Positions 1-10,288 of a DNA stretch of 64,000 nt are shown in pieces. The notes beneath the pieces were generated by a model. It was given only the letters and a program-made list of their open reading frames with translations. It was not told the DNA's origin and did not search any database. This DNA is from an uncultured Chloroflexia bacterium (lineage in GTDB: Bacteria; Chloroflexota; Dehalococcoidia; DSTF01; WHTK01): positions 28,538 through 92,537 of the forward strand of contig CAVQCN010000004.1 in assembly GCA_963711035.1 (NCBI GenBank). Reading direction: 5' to 3'. The translations under genes were made by a program, and so were the position numbers. Each line of letters begins with the position of its first letter. Position 1 is the first letter of the stretch.

Positions 1-1086
1 GCTCGTTATCGCGCCGATCACCTCGGCAGCCTGCTGCGCCCCAACGAACTGCTGACCGCGCGGTCGAATCCGAACGCCACGCCCGCCGAACTCAAGGCGC
101 TCGAGGACGGCTACATCCTCGAGGCGCTCGCCGCTCAGCAGGACGCCGGGCTGACGATCTTCAGCGACGGGGAGCTGCGCCGGCTCAACTTCATGAGCGA
201 CTTCAACGACTCCGTCGAAGGTCTGGACTCCGGCGAGGCGGTAGGCCGCTCCTGGCAGGGCCAGGCCGGTAACGTCAGCCGCGTCGCCGGAGTCGCCGTG
301 GCCAAGATTCGCGCCAAGAAGCGCATGACGCTGCAGGAGGCCGAATTCCTGCGCCAGCACAGTCCCGGCGACTTCAAAATCACGCTACCCAGCGCCAACC
401 AGTTCCCGGCCATCTCCTTCAAGCGCGGCATCAGCGACGAGGCCTACGCCAACCCCTCTGAGCTGCTCTGGGACGCCGTCCCGGTGATCAAAGCCGAGGT
501 CGAGGCGCTTGCTACCGAACGCGTGTCCTACATCCAGATCGACGCGCCGCGCTACAGCTACTACATCGACCCAAAGTGGCGCGACTACGTGCGCAACGAG
601 ATGGGGATGGACCCGGACGCCGCCCTGGATGAGGCGATCCGCGCCGACAACGCCTGCATCGAGAACGTCGTGGGTGGAGGCAGCCTCATCGCCATCCACC
701 TTTGCCGCGGTAACAACCGCAGTCAGTGGTACGCCGAAGGCGGCTACGATGCCATCGCCGAGAAGGTGTTCGGCGGCCTCAACGTGGACGCGTTCCTGCT
801 GGAGTACGACACGGAACGCTCCGGCGGCTTCGAGCCGCTGCGCTACGTACCACGCGGCAAGACCGTCGTCCTCGGACTGGTCAGCACCAAGATGCCGGAG
901 ATGGAGTCGAAGGACGAGCTGCGCCGCCGCATCGACGAGGCTGCCCGCTACGTCGACATGGACGATCTGGCGCTGAGTCCGCAATGCGGCTTCGCATCGA
1001 CAATGGAGGGCAACCTGATCAGCCCGGAGGAGCAGTGGCAGAAGCTGCGACTCGTCGTGGAGACGGCACACGAGGTCTGGTCCTAG
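1..1086 (+). CDS. Cobalamin-independent methionine synthase II family protein (single barrel), 5'-truncated by window edge
   Basis: Frame open from base 1 (ARYRADHLGSLLRP); IQIDAP, Zn-ligand motifs IHLCRGN and SPQCGF. Confidence 0.85.
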   Translation, partial: ARYRADHLGSLLRPNELLTARSNPNATPAELKALEDGYILEALAAQQDAGLTIFSDGELRRLNFMSDFNDSVEGLDSGEAVGRSWQGQAGNVSRVAGVAVAKIRAKKRMTLQEAEFLRQHSPGDFKITLPSANQFPAISFKRGISDEAYANPSELLWDAVPVIKAEVEALATERVSYIQIDAPRYSYYIDPKWRDYVRNEMGMDPDAALDEAIRADNACIENVVGGGSLIAIHLCRGNNRSQWYAEGGYDAIAEKVFGGLNVDAFLLEYDTERSGGFEPLRYVPRGKTVVLGLVSTKMPEMESKDELRRRIDEAARYVDMDDLALSPQCGFASTMEGNLISPEEQWQKLRLVVETAHEVWS

Positions 1087-1409
1087 TCCAAACGCGGCCC
1101 CACCAGCACGTCGTCGCCCTCGATGCGCACGGCAAACACGTCAATTGGCTGATCGGCCGGCGGCTCCAGGACGGCACCGGTGAGCAGGCTGAAGCGGCTC
1201 TCGTGCACCGGACACTGCACCTGGCGCTCGGCCGTGAGCAGCTCGCCTTGGCTCAGCCAGGTGTAGAAGTGCGTGCAGACGTTGCTTACGGCATGGAAGG
1301 CGCCATCGATCCGGGCCAGGCAGACCTCGACGTCTCCCGCCACGACGCCGATCATGCCGCCCTCCGGCACCTCGGCCACACTCGCCACGCGCACGAATCG
1401 GTCGAGCAT
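1083..1409 (-). CDS. Rieske-type ferredoxin
   Basis: CTH...CPVH Rieske motifs; start taken at MLDRFVRVA. Confidence 0.85.
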   Translation of the reverse strand: MLDRFVRVASVAEVPEGGMIGVVAGDVEVCLARIDGAFHAVSNVCTHFYTWLSQGELLTAERQVQCPVHESRFSLLTGAVLEPPADQPIDVFAVRIEGDDVLVGPRLD

Positions 1410-1624
1410 TGCAGGCCCCCTGTCATTCTGAGCCGCCAGGCGAAGAATCTCCCCCGGCACAAAGCCCGAGAGCAGAGTACCAAGGTACGTAATACGCATT
1501 CGCAAACGACGGCCTGACCGAATGCCCGCGCGGGGCAAAGCGTCGATTCGTGGCGGCGGTACCTGCGCTCGCGCAGGGTCGAATGGCAATTGCGAGCGCG
1601 CTCCTGAAGTGGCATTCTCCAACT

Positions 1625-2494
1625 GTGAACGAGACAAGCAAAGAGATCACCCTGGAAAGCCTGCGGGCGGCTCGTGAGGGCCAGCCCATCGTCGTGGCCA
1701 CCGTGGTCGGCGCTCCTGAAGACGCGCCGGTGACGGAAGGCACCAAGATGCTGGTGCGCAAGGACGGCACCAGGCTTGGCACCCTGAACTCAGCTGAGCT
1801 GGACGACGCCATCGCCGAGGACTGCCTCGCGGCGCTCAACGAGTTCCCTCGCCGCGTTGTACAGGCGATGTACTACCGGCCCGAGGGCAACCGCATACAC
1901 CGTCTGGAGGCGCGGGAAGGTCCCGGCGCCTACGAAATCATGGTCGAGATCATCGAGGCGCCCGTTTCGCTGCTGGTCGTCGGCGGCGGCCACATCGGCT
2001 TGTCGCTCGCGACGGTCGGCGCCCACGTCGGCTTCTCTGTCTCCGTACTGGACGATCGCGAGATGTACGCCAATCCCGAACGCTTCCCGATGGCCGACCA
2101 CGTGCTGTGCGGCGACATCCAGGAGGAGCTGGACAAGTTCCCGATCCACTCGAATACGTACATCGTCATGGTGAGTCGCGGCCACAAGCAGGACGAGATT
2201 GCCCTGCGCGCCGTCCTCAACCGCGGCGCCCGCTACGTGGGCATGATCGGCAGCAAGCGCCGCGTCTCGACCGTTCTGCGCCACATGTACGAGGAGGGGT
2301 TCCCTCTCGACGTGCTCGAGGACGTTTACACGCCGATCGGCTTCGACATCGGCGCCGAAACGCCGGAGGAGATCGCTGTTTCGATCATGGCCGAGATCAT
2401 CATGGTGCACCGCGGTGGTACCGGGCGGCAGATGCGCATCGGCCGGCCCAAGATTGGCGAACCGGTGGAACTGGAGCCGGAAGCCGCTACGTAA
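1625..2494 (+). CDS. XdhC/CoxI family molybdoenzyme accessory protein
   Basis: LLVVGGGHIG, YVGMIGSKRR, PIGFDIGAETPEEIAVSI; GTG start inferred. Confidence 0.88.
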   Translation: MNETSKEITLESLRAAREGQPIVVATVVGAPEDAPVTEGTKMLVRKDGTRLGTLNSAELDDAIAEDCLAALNEFPRRVVQAMYYRPEGNRIHRLEAREGPGAYEIMVEIIEAPVSLLVVGGGHIGLSLATVGAHVGFSVSVLDDREMYANPERFPMADHVLCGDIQEELDKFPIHSNTYIVMVSRGHKQDEIALRAVLNRGARYVGMIGSKRRVSTVLRHMYEEGFPLDVLEDVYTPIGFDIGAETPEEIAVSIMAEIIMVHRGGTGRQMRIGRPKIGEPVELEPEAAT

Positions 2495-2516
2495 TCGTCG
2501 AACCAGGGCGAACCGA

Positions 2517-3131
2517 ATGAGCAAGATCGTGGCGATCGAGCACCTGACGCTCGACGGCGTCATACAAGGGCCGGCACGGTCCGACGAGGATACGCGCGAC
2601 GGCTTCGATCTCGGCGGTTGGGCAGTGGAGACCGCCAGCCATCCAGATGTGCAAAGCGCGGTCGGAGCACGGATGGGCAGCGGCTGGTCCCTGCTTCTTG
2701 GCCGCATTACCTACGAAGACCTCTACGGCTTCTGGCCCAATCAGCCGCCCAACCCGATGACTGACGCGCTCAACCGCGTCGAAAAGTTCGTAGTCTCCAC
2801 GACCGCACACGATCTGCCCTGGCAAAACTCGACATTGCTGACCGGCGACGCCATGGACGCCATCGTCAAGCTGAAGCAGAAGCATGACAAGACCCTCGTC
2901 ATCTTCGGCAGCGCCACACTGGTCCTGTCACTCATGCGACACAACCTTGTAGACGAATTCGTGCTGGCAGTTCACCCCCTGGTGCTCGGCCGGGGTCGCC
3001 GCCTGTTCCCAGAAGACACGACGCAGACAAACCTGCACCTCGTGGACAACGTGACGATCGCCAACGGCGTCATCGTGGCCATCTACCAGCCAGTGACGGG
3101 CCCTGAACCTGCCAGTCGGACCGGACAATGA
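2517..3131 (+). CDS. Dihydrofolate reductase/RibD C-terminal family protein
   Basis: TLDGVIQGP, LLGRITYE, VHPLVLGRGRRLF. Confidence 0.85.
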   Translation: MSKIVAIEHLTLDGVIQGPARSDEDTRDGFDLGGWAVETASHPDVQSAVGARMGSGWSLLLGRITYEDLYGFWPNQPPNPMTDALNRVEKFVVSTTAHDLPWQNSTLLTGDAMDAIVKLKQKHDKTLVIFGSATLVLSLMRHNLVDEFVLAVHPLVLGRGRRLFPEDTTQTNLHLVDNVTIANGVIVAIYQPVTGPEPASRTGQ

Positions 3132-3216
3132 ACCCTCCGTAAGCCGGCGCGTATTTGCTCCTGAAGGCATCGCTTTCTATAATTCTGCTCTACGACCGAC
3201 CCTGGCCTAGAACAGT

Positions 3217-4059
3217 TTGCGGGGCAGCATCCTGACTCTCTTCCAGCCGTACTCAGACGATCAGATCGCCGATGCAGCGCGGCGTGCCCGGCGCAACATC
3301 ATCACGATGGTGCACGCCGCCCAGAGCGGCCATCCCGGCGGCTCACTCTCGTCGGTCGAGATCCTGGCGGCGCTGTACCTGCGCCTGCTGCGCCACGATC
3401 CCGCCAACCCGACCTGGGCCGACCGCGACCGCTTCGTCCTGAGCAAGGCACACTGTGCGCCCGTCCTCTACGCCTTCCTGGCCGAGTGCGGCTACATCCC
3501 CTTCGAGGAGCTGATGACCTTCCGCAAGCTCAACAGCCGCCTGCAGGGACACAGCAAGATGAACAGCGTGCCGGGCGTCGAGATGTCCGGCGGCTCGCTG
3601 GGGCAAGGCCTCTCGTTCTCGATCGGCCAGGCGCTGGCCGCGCGCCTCGACGGCCGCGACTACCGCACCTACTGCCTGCTGGGCGATGGCGAGCAGGACG
3701 AGGGCCAGATATGGGAAGCTGCCATGGCCGCCGCGCACTACCACCTCGACAACCTGACGGCGATCGTCGACCGCAACGGCGTGGAGAACGACGGCTTCGT
3801 GAAGGACATCATGGACCAGGAGCCGCTCGCCGATAAGTGGCGCGCCTTTGGCTGGCACGTCAGCGAGGTCGACGGCCACGACGAGGCGGCGGTGCTCGCG
3901 GCCATCCAGAAGACGAAGTCGGTCACGGGCCAACCCAGCGTGATCATCGCCTACACCGTGAAGGGCAAAGGAGTCTCCTTCATGGAGAACTCGGCCGCTT
4001 GGCACGGCAAGGCGCCCAACGACGAGGAACGCGACCGAGCACTGGCGGAGATCGGCTGA
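3217..4059 (+). CDS. tkt: Transketolase N-terminal subunit
   Basis: SGHPGGSLS, DRFVLSKAH, GDGEQDEGQ TPP motif, WHGKAP. Confidence 0.93.
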   Translation: MRGSILTLFQPYSDDQIADAARRARRNIITMVHAAQSGHPGGSLSSVEILAALYLRLLRHDPANPTWADRDRFVLSKAHCAPVLYAFLAECGYIPFEELMTFRKLNSRLQGHSKMNSVPGVEMSGGSLGQGLSFSIGQALAARLDGRDYRTYCLLGDGEQDEGQIWEAAMAAAHYHLDNLTAIVDRNGVENDGFVKDIMDQEPLADKWRAFGWHVSEVDGHDEAAVLAAIQKTKSVTGQPSVIIAYTVKGKGVSFMENSAAWHGKAPNDEERDRALAEIG

Positions 4060-5012
4060 TGACGACGACCCAGCAACCACCCGCGGCGACCCGAGAGGCT
4101 TTTGGCCCCACCCTGATCAAGCTGTTCGAGTCCGGCATCGACATCGCCGTCGTGGACGCCGATCTCGGCGCCTCGACCACGGCAAAGGCCTTCGGCGACA
4201 AGTACCCGGAGCGCTTCTTCACCCTCGGGCCGGCGGAGCAGAACATGATCGGCATCGCGGCCGGTCTGGCGGCAGCGGGCAAGGTTGCCTTCGCCAGCAC
4301 CTTCGCCGTGTTCATGCCGGGCCACTGCTACGACCAGATCCGCATCAGCATCGCGCAGCCCAACCTCAACGTGAAGCTGTTCGCCAGTCACGGCGGCATC
4401 ACGCCCGGCGAGGACGGCATCTCCGCCCAGGCGATCGAAGACCTGGCGCTGATGTCCTCGCTGCTCAACTTCAACGTCGTCGTCCCGGCGGACGTGGTCG
4501 AGACCGCATCCGCCGTCGAAGTGGCGGCGCGCACAGATGGCCCCTTCTACATCCGCGCCGGCCGCCCCAAGGTGCCGGTGATCTACGAGCCCGGCCATAA
4601 GTTCACGCTGGGCAAGGCCGACCTGTTGCGGCCCGGCGGCGACGTCACAATCGTCGCGAGCGGCGTGATGGTCGTGGCCGCTCTCCAAGCGGCGCAGACG
4701 TTGTCGACAAAGGGCATCGACGCACGCGTGCTGAACTTCTCGACCTGGCGGCCGCTCGACGCCGAAGCGCTCGAGAGCGCCGCGCGGGAGACCGGCGCCG
4801 TCGTCACGGCCGAGGAGCACCTCGTGCACTGCGGACTCGGCGCCATGGTGGCGCAGCACCTCGCCGGCACCGTGCCGGTGCCGATGGGCTTCGTCGGCAT
4901 GAAGAACCGCTACGCCGAGTCCGGCAAGTGGAACGAGCTGCTGGAGAAGTACGGCCTCAGCGCCGCCGACATCGTCCGCGAGGCTGAAGCGGCCGTAGCG
5001 CGCAAGGCGTAG
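4059..5012 (+). CDS. tkt: Transketolase C-terminal subunit
   Basis: DADL, AEQNMIGIAAGLA, AEEH; TGATG overlap with upstream subunit. Confidence 0.92.
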   Translation: MTTTQQPPAATREAFGPTLIKLFESGIDIAVVDADLGASTTAKAFGDKYPERFFTLGPAEQNMIGIAAGLAAAGKVAFASTFAVFMPGHCYDQIRISIAQPNLNVKLFASHGGITPGEDGISAQAIEDLALMSSLLNFNVVVPADVVETASAVEVAARTDGPFYIRAGRPKVPVIYEPGHKFTLGKADLLRPGGDVTIVASGVMVVAALQAAQTLSTKGIDARVLNFSTWRPLDAEALESAARETGAVVTAEEHLVHCGLGAMVAQHLAGTVPVPMGFVGMKNRYAESGKWNELLEKYGLSAADIVREAEAAVARKA

Positions 5013-5055
5013 CGAGCCGCCAGCCTTTCAGCACTCAGCCATCAGGAGTAAGCAC

Positions 5056-5083
5056 GTAGGGACGCAGCTTCAGCTCCGCCCTA
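5056..5083. repeat. GTAG-type REP-like palindrome
   Basis: gtagggacgcagcttcagctccgccct; related copy at 10241-10270. Confidence 0.6.
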
Positions 5084-5097
5084 AAGATGCCCCGTCC

Positions 5098-5191
5098 GTC
5101 ATTGCGAGCGACAGCGAAGCAATCTTTGACGAACCGTTGTTGCACGACGGGACGACCGGGATTGCTTCGTCGCCGCGCTCCTCGCAATGAC
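5098..5191. repeat. Intergenic palindromic element GTCATTGCGAG...GCAATC / GATTGC...CTCGCAATGAC
   Basis: Two inverted arms; half copies at 10155-10187 and 49867-49899. Confidence 0.75.
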
Positions 5192-5200
5192 ACCCGCGCT

Positions 5201-5249
5201 TCGTAGCTCGTAGCTCGTAGCTCGTAGCTCGTAGCTCGTAGCTCGTAGC
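5201..5249. repeat. Heptamer tandem repeat (TCGTAGC)x7
   Basis: Seven perfect copies counted directly. Confidence 0.95.
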
Positions 5250-5270
5250 TGCGAAGGCTACAATTGCCAG

Positions 5271-6296
5271 GTGACCCTGCAAAAGCTGCGCGGCCGGCTG
5301 ATCATCTCGCTCGTGCTCGGCGCGGTTGTCTTCATTGGCCTCAGCTTCTACGCCGACTTCAATGACGTCCTGCACGGTCTCGGCAGCTTCCGCTGGCAAT
5401 ACCTGCCGCTGGTCCTGGGCCTCTCGTTCACCAACTACATCCTGAGGTTCTTCAAGTGGCAGTACTACCTGCGCCGCATCGGCGTCACAGACCTGCCGCG
5501 CCGTGAGAGCGCCCTCGCCTACCTCTCCGGCCTCGGCATGGTCGTCACGCCCGGCAAGGTCGGCGAGTGGCTGAAGTCCTACCTCCTGCGCGAGCTGCAC
5601 GGCACGCCCTTCAGCCGCTCGGCGCCGATCCTCATCGCCGAGCGCCTCACCGACAGCTTCGGGCTCGTCATCCTCGGTTCCGCCGGGCTCCTGGTGTACG
5701 GCAGCGCCTGGCCTGCCTTCGTCTTCGTGCTCGTGGCGGGAGCTGCGGCGATGTTCGTCGCACGCCATCGGCCGCTCGCCTTCTGGATCCTGCATCGGTT
5801 GGAGCGCGTGCCTCTCGTCTCCCGCTTCGCCCAGCACGCCGAGGAGTTTTACGCCAGCAGCTACGCCCTGCTCTCGCCCGTCTCCATCGGCTCGATGACG
5901 CTGCTCAGCGTGTGCTCCTGGGGCTTCGAGGTGCTGGGCTTCTACTGCGTGCTGCTGGGCCTGGGCATGCACGGCAGCTGGGATCTGCTGCTCAAGGCCT
6001 CGTTCATCATGCCGGCCGCCACGCTGGCCAGCGCCATCCTGCTCACGCCCGGCGGCCTCGGTGTGGCCGAGGGAGGCATCGCCGGCCTCTCGCAGGTGTT
6101 GCTCGACCTGCCGAAGAGCGAAGCAGCCGTCGCCACCCTGATCATCCGTTTCGGCACGCTGTGGTTCGGCGTCATCGTCGGCCTCGTGGCCCTAGCGCTC
6201 ACGAGCCGCCTGCTGGCCCGGCGTGGCAAGCCTGAATTGGCGGATGCGCTCACGTCCCTCGAAGAGCCGGCAGAAGAGGGCGCATCAGCGTCATGA
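5271..6296 (+). CDS. Lysylphosphatidylglycerol synthase TM / flippase-like membrane protein
   Basis: TPGKVGE, ERLTD, TPGGLGVAEG; multiple TM helices. Confidence 0.85.
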   Translation: MTLQKLRGRLIISLVLGAVVFIGLSFYADFNDVLHGLGSFRWQYLPLVLGLSFTNYILRFFKWQYYLRRIGVTDLPRRESALAYLSGLGMVVTPGKVGEWLKSYLLRELHGTPFSRSAPILIAERLTDSFGLVILGSAGLLVYGSAWPAFVFVLVAGAAAMFVARHRPLAFWILHRLERVPLVSRFAQHAEEFYASSYALLSPVSIGSMTLLSVCSWGFEVLGFYCVLLGLGMHGSWDLLLKASFIMPAATLASAILLTPGGLGVAEGGIAGLSQVLLDLPKSEAAVATLIIRFGTLWFGVIVGLVALALTSRLLARRGKPELADALTSLEEPAEEGASAS

Positions 6297-7246
6297 CCCG
6301 GCTGCGGGGACGTCTCATTCCCGAAGACCTGGCGTCGAGGGCGGCAGGGCTGTCGTTGTTCGCCAACTTCGGCCTCATGGTGCTCAAGCTGGTCGTCGGT
6401 GTCCTTACGGGCAGCGTCGCGGTACTCTCCGACGGCGTCGACAGCTTCCAGGACATGATCGCGGCCGGCATCGCTTTCGTCAGCGTGCGCTTCGGGCGCC
6501 GGCCAGCCGACCTAGGCCACCCGTACGGCCACGGCCGCGCCGAGACGCTGGCAGCAGGTATCCAGGCGCTGCTAATCAGCGGCGGCGCCGCGTTCATCGT
6601 CTACAGCGGCGTGCACCGCCTCATCCACCCGCACCACTCAATCCAGACCGTCCCCGCGCTCATCACGATGGCATTGACGGCGGTCATCAACTTCGGCATA
6701 TCGCGCTACTCCGCGCACGTGGCGAAGGTGACGCGATCGCCCGCCATCGCGTCGGACGCGCGACATCTCATGACGAATGTGGTGCAGGCGATCGCTATCC
6801 TGGCCGGCCTGGCGCTCGTCGAGATCACCGGCCGCGTCGTATTCGACGCACTGCTCGCCCTGGCGCTGGCTATGTACCTGTTCTGGATCGCCGGCTCGAT
6901 CCTCTGGACGACCGCCGGCGACATCCTCGACGTCAGCCTCAGCAGGGCCGAGATCGACCTGATCGAGCAGGCAATCGAGGCCGAGGACAGCGGCATCGTC
7001 GGCTACCACCGTCTGCGCACGCGGCGCGCGGGGCAGGTGCCGCACATCGACTTCCACCTGCTGGTGCGCCGCGACATGTCCGTCGCCGATTCGCACGTCG
7101 TCGCCGACCGGATCGAGGCGCGCATCCGCCAGCAGTGGCCCGCCGCCGAGATCATGATCCACGTCGAGCCGGACGATGCGGCGTACGACGGCCCACTCGA
7201 AAGCAACGACCCGCACTCACCGCGAATCGAACGGCACCAGGGCTGA
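6293..7246 (+). CDS. Cation diffusion facilitator (FieF-like) transporter
   Basis: SVAVLSDGVDS, PADLGHPYGHGRAE, IHVEP. Confidence 0.9.
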   Translation: MTRLRGRLIPEDLASRAAGLSLFANFGLMVLKLVVGVLTGSVAVLSDGVDSFQDMIAAGIAFVSVRFGRRPADLGHPYGHGRAETLAAGIQALLISGGAAFIVYSGVHRLIHPHHSIQTVPALITMALTAVINFGISRYSAHVAKVTRSPAIASDARHLMTNVVQAIAILAGLALVEITGRVVFDALLALALAMYLFWIAGSILWTTAGDILDVSLSRAEIDLIEQAIEAEDSGIVGYHRLRTRRAGQVPHIDFHLLVRRDMSVADSHVVADRIEARIRQQWPAAEIMIHVEPDDAAYDGPLESNDPHSPRIERHQG

Positions 7247-7319
7247 ACCGAAACGTGAGCTATAATCCGGAATGCAGCCGCGCTCTTCCAACTCAGACTC
7301 TCAAGCCTAGACTCCAAAC

Positions 7320-8435
7320 ATGAAGCGACGTTACCGGCGCATCGTCGCCAAGTTCGGCACAAACCTGCTCACCAACGGGGGCAACGACCTCGACCTCAAC
7401 CAGATCAAGGCTCTCGTGGAACAGGTGGCACGCCTGCGCAGCGACGGCATCGACGTAATCGTCGTCACCTCCGGTGCCGTCGCGGCGGGACGGTCGCGTC
7501 TGGCACTCAAGCGCCTGCGTCGCGACATCCCGTTCCGTCAGGTCCTCGCCGCCGTGGGCCAGGGGCGCCTCATGCAGGCTTACGACGCCCTCTTCGCCGA
7601 GCACGGCATCGTGGCGGCGCAGACGCTGCTCACCCGCCGCGACCTCTCCGACCGCCAGAGCTACCTCAATGCGCGCAACACGCTGCTGGCGCTGTTGCAC
7701 TACAAGGTCGTGCCCATCGTCAACGAAAACGACGCCGTCGCGGTCGAGGAACTGGCCGAGAGCCGCATTGGGGAGAACGACACGCTGGCGGCGCTCACCG
7801 CCAACCTGATCGACGCCGACCTGCTGGCGCTGCTCATGACCCGCGAGGGCCTCTTCACGGCCGATCCGTCCGTCAATCCAGGTGCCACGCTGGTACGCCG
7901 CGTCGACCGCATCGACGCGACGATTGAGAGTTACGCTGGCGGCAGCGAGCGCGGTGGCAGCGGCGGCATGATCACGAAGATCAGCGCCGCGCGCCTGGCC
8001 ACGGCCGGCGGCACCGACGTCGCCATCGCCAGCGGACTGGAGCCCGACGTGCTGCTCCGCCTCACGCGCGGGGAGCAGCTGGGCACGATCTTCCCGTCCT
8101 CCGCCGATCGCCTCGAGAGCCGCAAACGCTGGATCCTCTCCGGCCTCGACATCCGCGGCACCATCGTCGTAGACGACGGCGCTGCAGCCGCGCTGCGCGA
8201 GCGCAAGACCAGCCTGCTACCGGCCGGCATCAAGGCGGTCGCCGGGTCCTTCAGCCGCGGCGATACCATCGCGATCACCTCGACGGCGCAGGAGCGCATC
8301 GCCTGCGGCATCAGCAACTACAGCTCGGAGGAGATGGAGGCGATCTGCGGCGCCCGCTCGACCCAGATCGTCGACATCCTGGGCTACGACTATGGAGCCG
8401 AAGCCGTCCACCGCGATAATCTGGTGCTCGTGTAG
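7320..8435 (+). CDS. proB: Glutamate 5-kinase
   Basis: KFGTNLL, VTSGAVAAG, NENDAV, C-terminal PUA domain ending HRDNLV. Confidence 0.95.
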   Translation: MKRRYRRIVAKFGTNLLTNGGNDLDLNQIKALVEQVARLRSDGIDVIVVTSGAVAAGRSRLALKRLRRDIPFRQVLAAVGQGRLMQAYDALFAEHGIVAAQTLLTRRDLSDRQSYLNARNTLLALLHYKVVPIVNENDAVAVEELAESRIGENDTLAALTANLIDADLLALLMTREGLFTADPSVNPGATLVRRVDRIDATIESYAGGSERGGSGGMITKISAARLATAGGTDVAIASGLEPDVLLRLTRGEQLGTIFPSSADRLESRKRWILSGLDIRGTIVVDDGAAAALRERKTSLLPAGIKAVAGSFSRGDTIAITSTAQERIACGISNYSSEEMEAICGARSTQIVDILGYDYGAEAVHRDNLVLV

Positions 8436-8444
8436 GAGCAGTCG

Positions 8445-9722
8445 ATGGAAGCCCAAGCTACCCAGACCTTGATCGCACAGGCCCAAGCAGCCAAGGCCGC
8501 TGCTCGCAAGCTAGCCAGCCTCTCGACCAGCGTCAAGAATCGCGCCCTCGAATCGATCGCCGAGACACTCGTAGAGCGCCAGTCCGAGATCCTCGCCGCG
8601 AACGCAATCGACATCGAGCGCGCCCGCGACGCCGGCCTGGCGGACGCGCCCCTCAACCGCCTGCGCCTGACGCCGGAGAAAATTGAGGCCATCGCCGGCG
8701 ACGTGCGCACCGTCGCGCGCCTGGCCGACCCGGTGGGCGAGGTGATCGACGGATGGCGCCTGCCCAACGGCCTGCGCGTCAGCCGCCGCCGCGTGCCGCT
8801 GGGCGTCCTCGCCGCCGTCTTCGAGAGCCGGCCCAACGTCACCATCGATATCGCCTCGCTCTGCCTCAAGTCGGGCAACGCCTGCGTCCTGCGCGGCGGC
8901 AGCGAAGCGATTCGTTCCAACACGGTCCTCGCCCGCATCGCCCGCGAAGCCGAGACCGATGCAGGCGTGCCGGACGGCGCTCTGCAGTTCATCGAGAACA
9001 CCGACCGCGCCCTGGTCGGTGAGATGCTGACCCTGCGCCAATACATCGACCTCGTCGTGCCGCGCGGCGGCGCCGAACTCATCCGCTTCGTGGCGGAGAA
9101 CGCGCGTATGCCGGTGCTCACCGGCGGCGTCGGCGTCTGCCACACCTACGTCGACCGCATGGCAGACCTGGACAAGGCGCTCGCCATCGCCGTCAACGCC
9201 AAGACGCGCAACTGGACGATCTGCAACGCCCTCGACACGCTCATCGTGCACAGCGACGTGGCGCCCGCCTTCCTGCCGCGCATCAGCAGCGGCTGGGCCG
9301 AGAAGGGCGTCGAACTGCACGGCGACGAGCGCGCCATGCAGCTACTCAGTGGCAGCGGCGCAAGCAACGCCGTCGCTGCCGCTTCGGACGACTTCGGTCG
9401 CGAGTTCCTGGCGCCGATCGCCGCTGTGCGCGTCGTCGATTCGCTGGACGAGGCGCTGGACCACATCGCTACCTACGGCACCGGCCACTCGGACGCCATC
9501 GTCACCGAGGACAATTCGGCGGCGCAGCGCTTCGTCGACGAGGTCGACACCGCCGTCGCCTACGTCAACGCTTCGACCCAGTTCACGGACGGCGCCCAGT
9601 TCGGCCTCGGCGCAGAGATCATCGACTCGACTCAGAAAACCGTCTCCCGCGGCCCGACCGGCCTGCGCGAGATCACGACGTACAAGTGGATCGTGCAGGG
9701 CGAGGGACAAACCCGCCCCTGA
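8445..9722 (+). CDS. proA: Glutamate-5-semialdehyde dehydrogenase
   Basis: ESRPNVT, LKSGNA, CNALDT, NASTQFTDG; follows proB. Confidence 0.95.
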   Translation: MEAQATQTLIAQAQAAKAAARKLASLSTSVKNRALESIAETLVERQSEILAANAIDIERARDAGLADAPLNRLRLTPEKIEAIAGDVRTVARLADPVGEVIDGWRLPNGLRVSRRRVPLGVLAAVFESRPNVTIDIASLCLKSGNACVLRGGSEAIRSNTVLARIAREAETDAGVPDGALQFIENTDRALVGEMLTLRQYIDLVVPRGGAELIRFVAENARMPVLTGGVGVCHTYVDRMADLDKALAIAVNAKTRNWTICNALDTLIVHSDVAPAFLPRISSGWAEKGVELHGDERAMQLLSGSGASNAVAAASDDFGREFLAPIAAVRVVDSLDEALDHIATYGTGHSDAIVTEDNSAAQRFVDEVDTAVAYVNASTQFTDGAQFGLGAEIIDSTQKTVSRGPTGLREITTYKWIVQGEGQTRP

Positions 9723-9770
9723 CCCAGCAGCAGCCTCCCTGATACATCAGGGGCGCTCAGAGAGGAACTA

Positions 9771-10097
9771 ATGGCCACCTACAACTTCGAACGGGAGACC
9801 CGCACCCACCAATCCGAAGCCTTCGTCATCGAGGCTGGCGGCGATGAGGTCGGCCGCGTCGACCTGCACTACTCCGGCAGCACCGCCTACGCCACGCTCT
9901 GCGTCCCTGCCGACTTCGACGACGACATGATCGAAGAACTGATCGGCGAGATCGATGAGCGCCTCGTCATGAGCTGGGAGCCACTACGGGACGACTTTAT
10001 CGTCACGGTCTGGTCCGGCCGCGAAGTCGGCGTCTTCTCCGAGTCAGGTGACGATGACGACGACGAAGATGAGGACGACGAGGACGAAGAGTCGTAG
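9771..10097 (+). CDS. Hypothetical acidic protein with D/E tail
   Basis: GAGGA RBS, typical codon usage. Confidence 0.75.
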   Translation: MATYNFERETRTHQSEAFVIEAGGDEVGRVDLHYSGSTAYATLCVPADFDDDMIEELIGEIDERLVMSWEPLRDDFIVTVWSGREVGVFSESGDDDDDEDEDDEDEES

Positions 10098-10154
10098 CCC
10101 GAGGCCATCAAGCCGCGAGCGGCACGAAGCCTCGAGTGGATTGCCCCCCTGTCC

Positions 10155-10270
10155 GTCATTGCGAGGAGCACCAGCGACGTGGCAATCCTGGCCGCTCCGA
10201 GTCGTTGAAAGAGGCCTGTATAGCATGAACGAGGCCGTGGGTAGGGACGCAGCTAAAGCTACGTCCCTAC
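10155..10270. repeat. Half palindromic element plus GTAG REP-like hairpin between convergent genes
   Basis: gtcattgcgaggag...gcaatc and gtagggacgcagctaaagctacgtccctac. Confidence 0.65.
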
Positions 10271-10288
10271 GGCGTTGAGAGGCGCGCC

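Noticed and set aside
5201-5249. CRISPR array
   Set aside because: 7-bp tandem repeat without spacers; no cas genes
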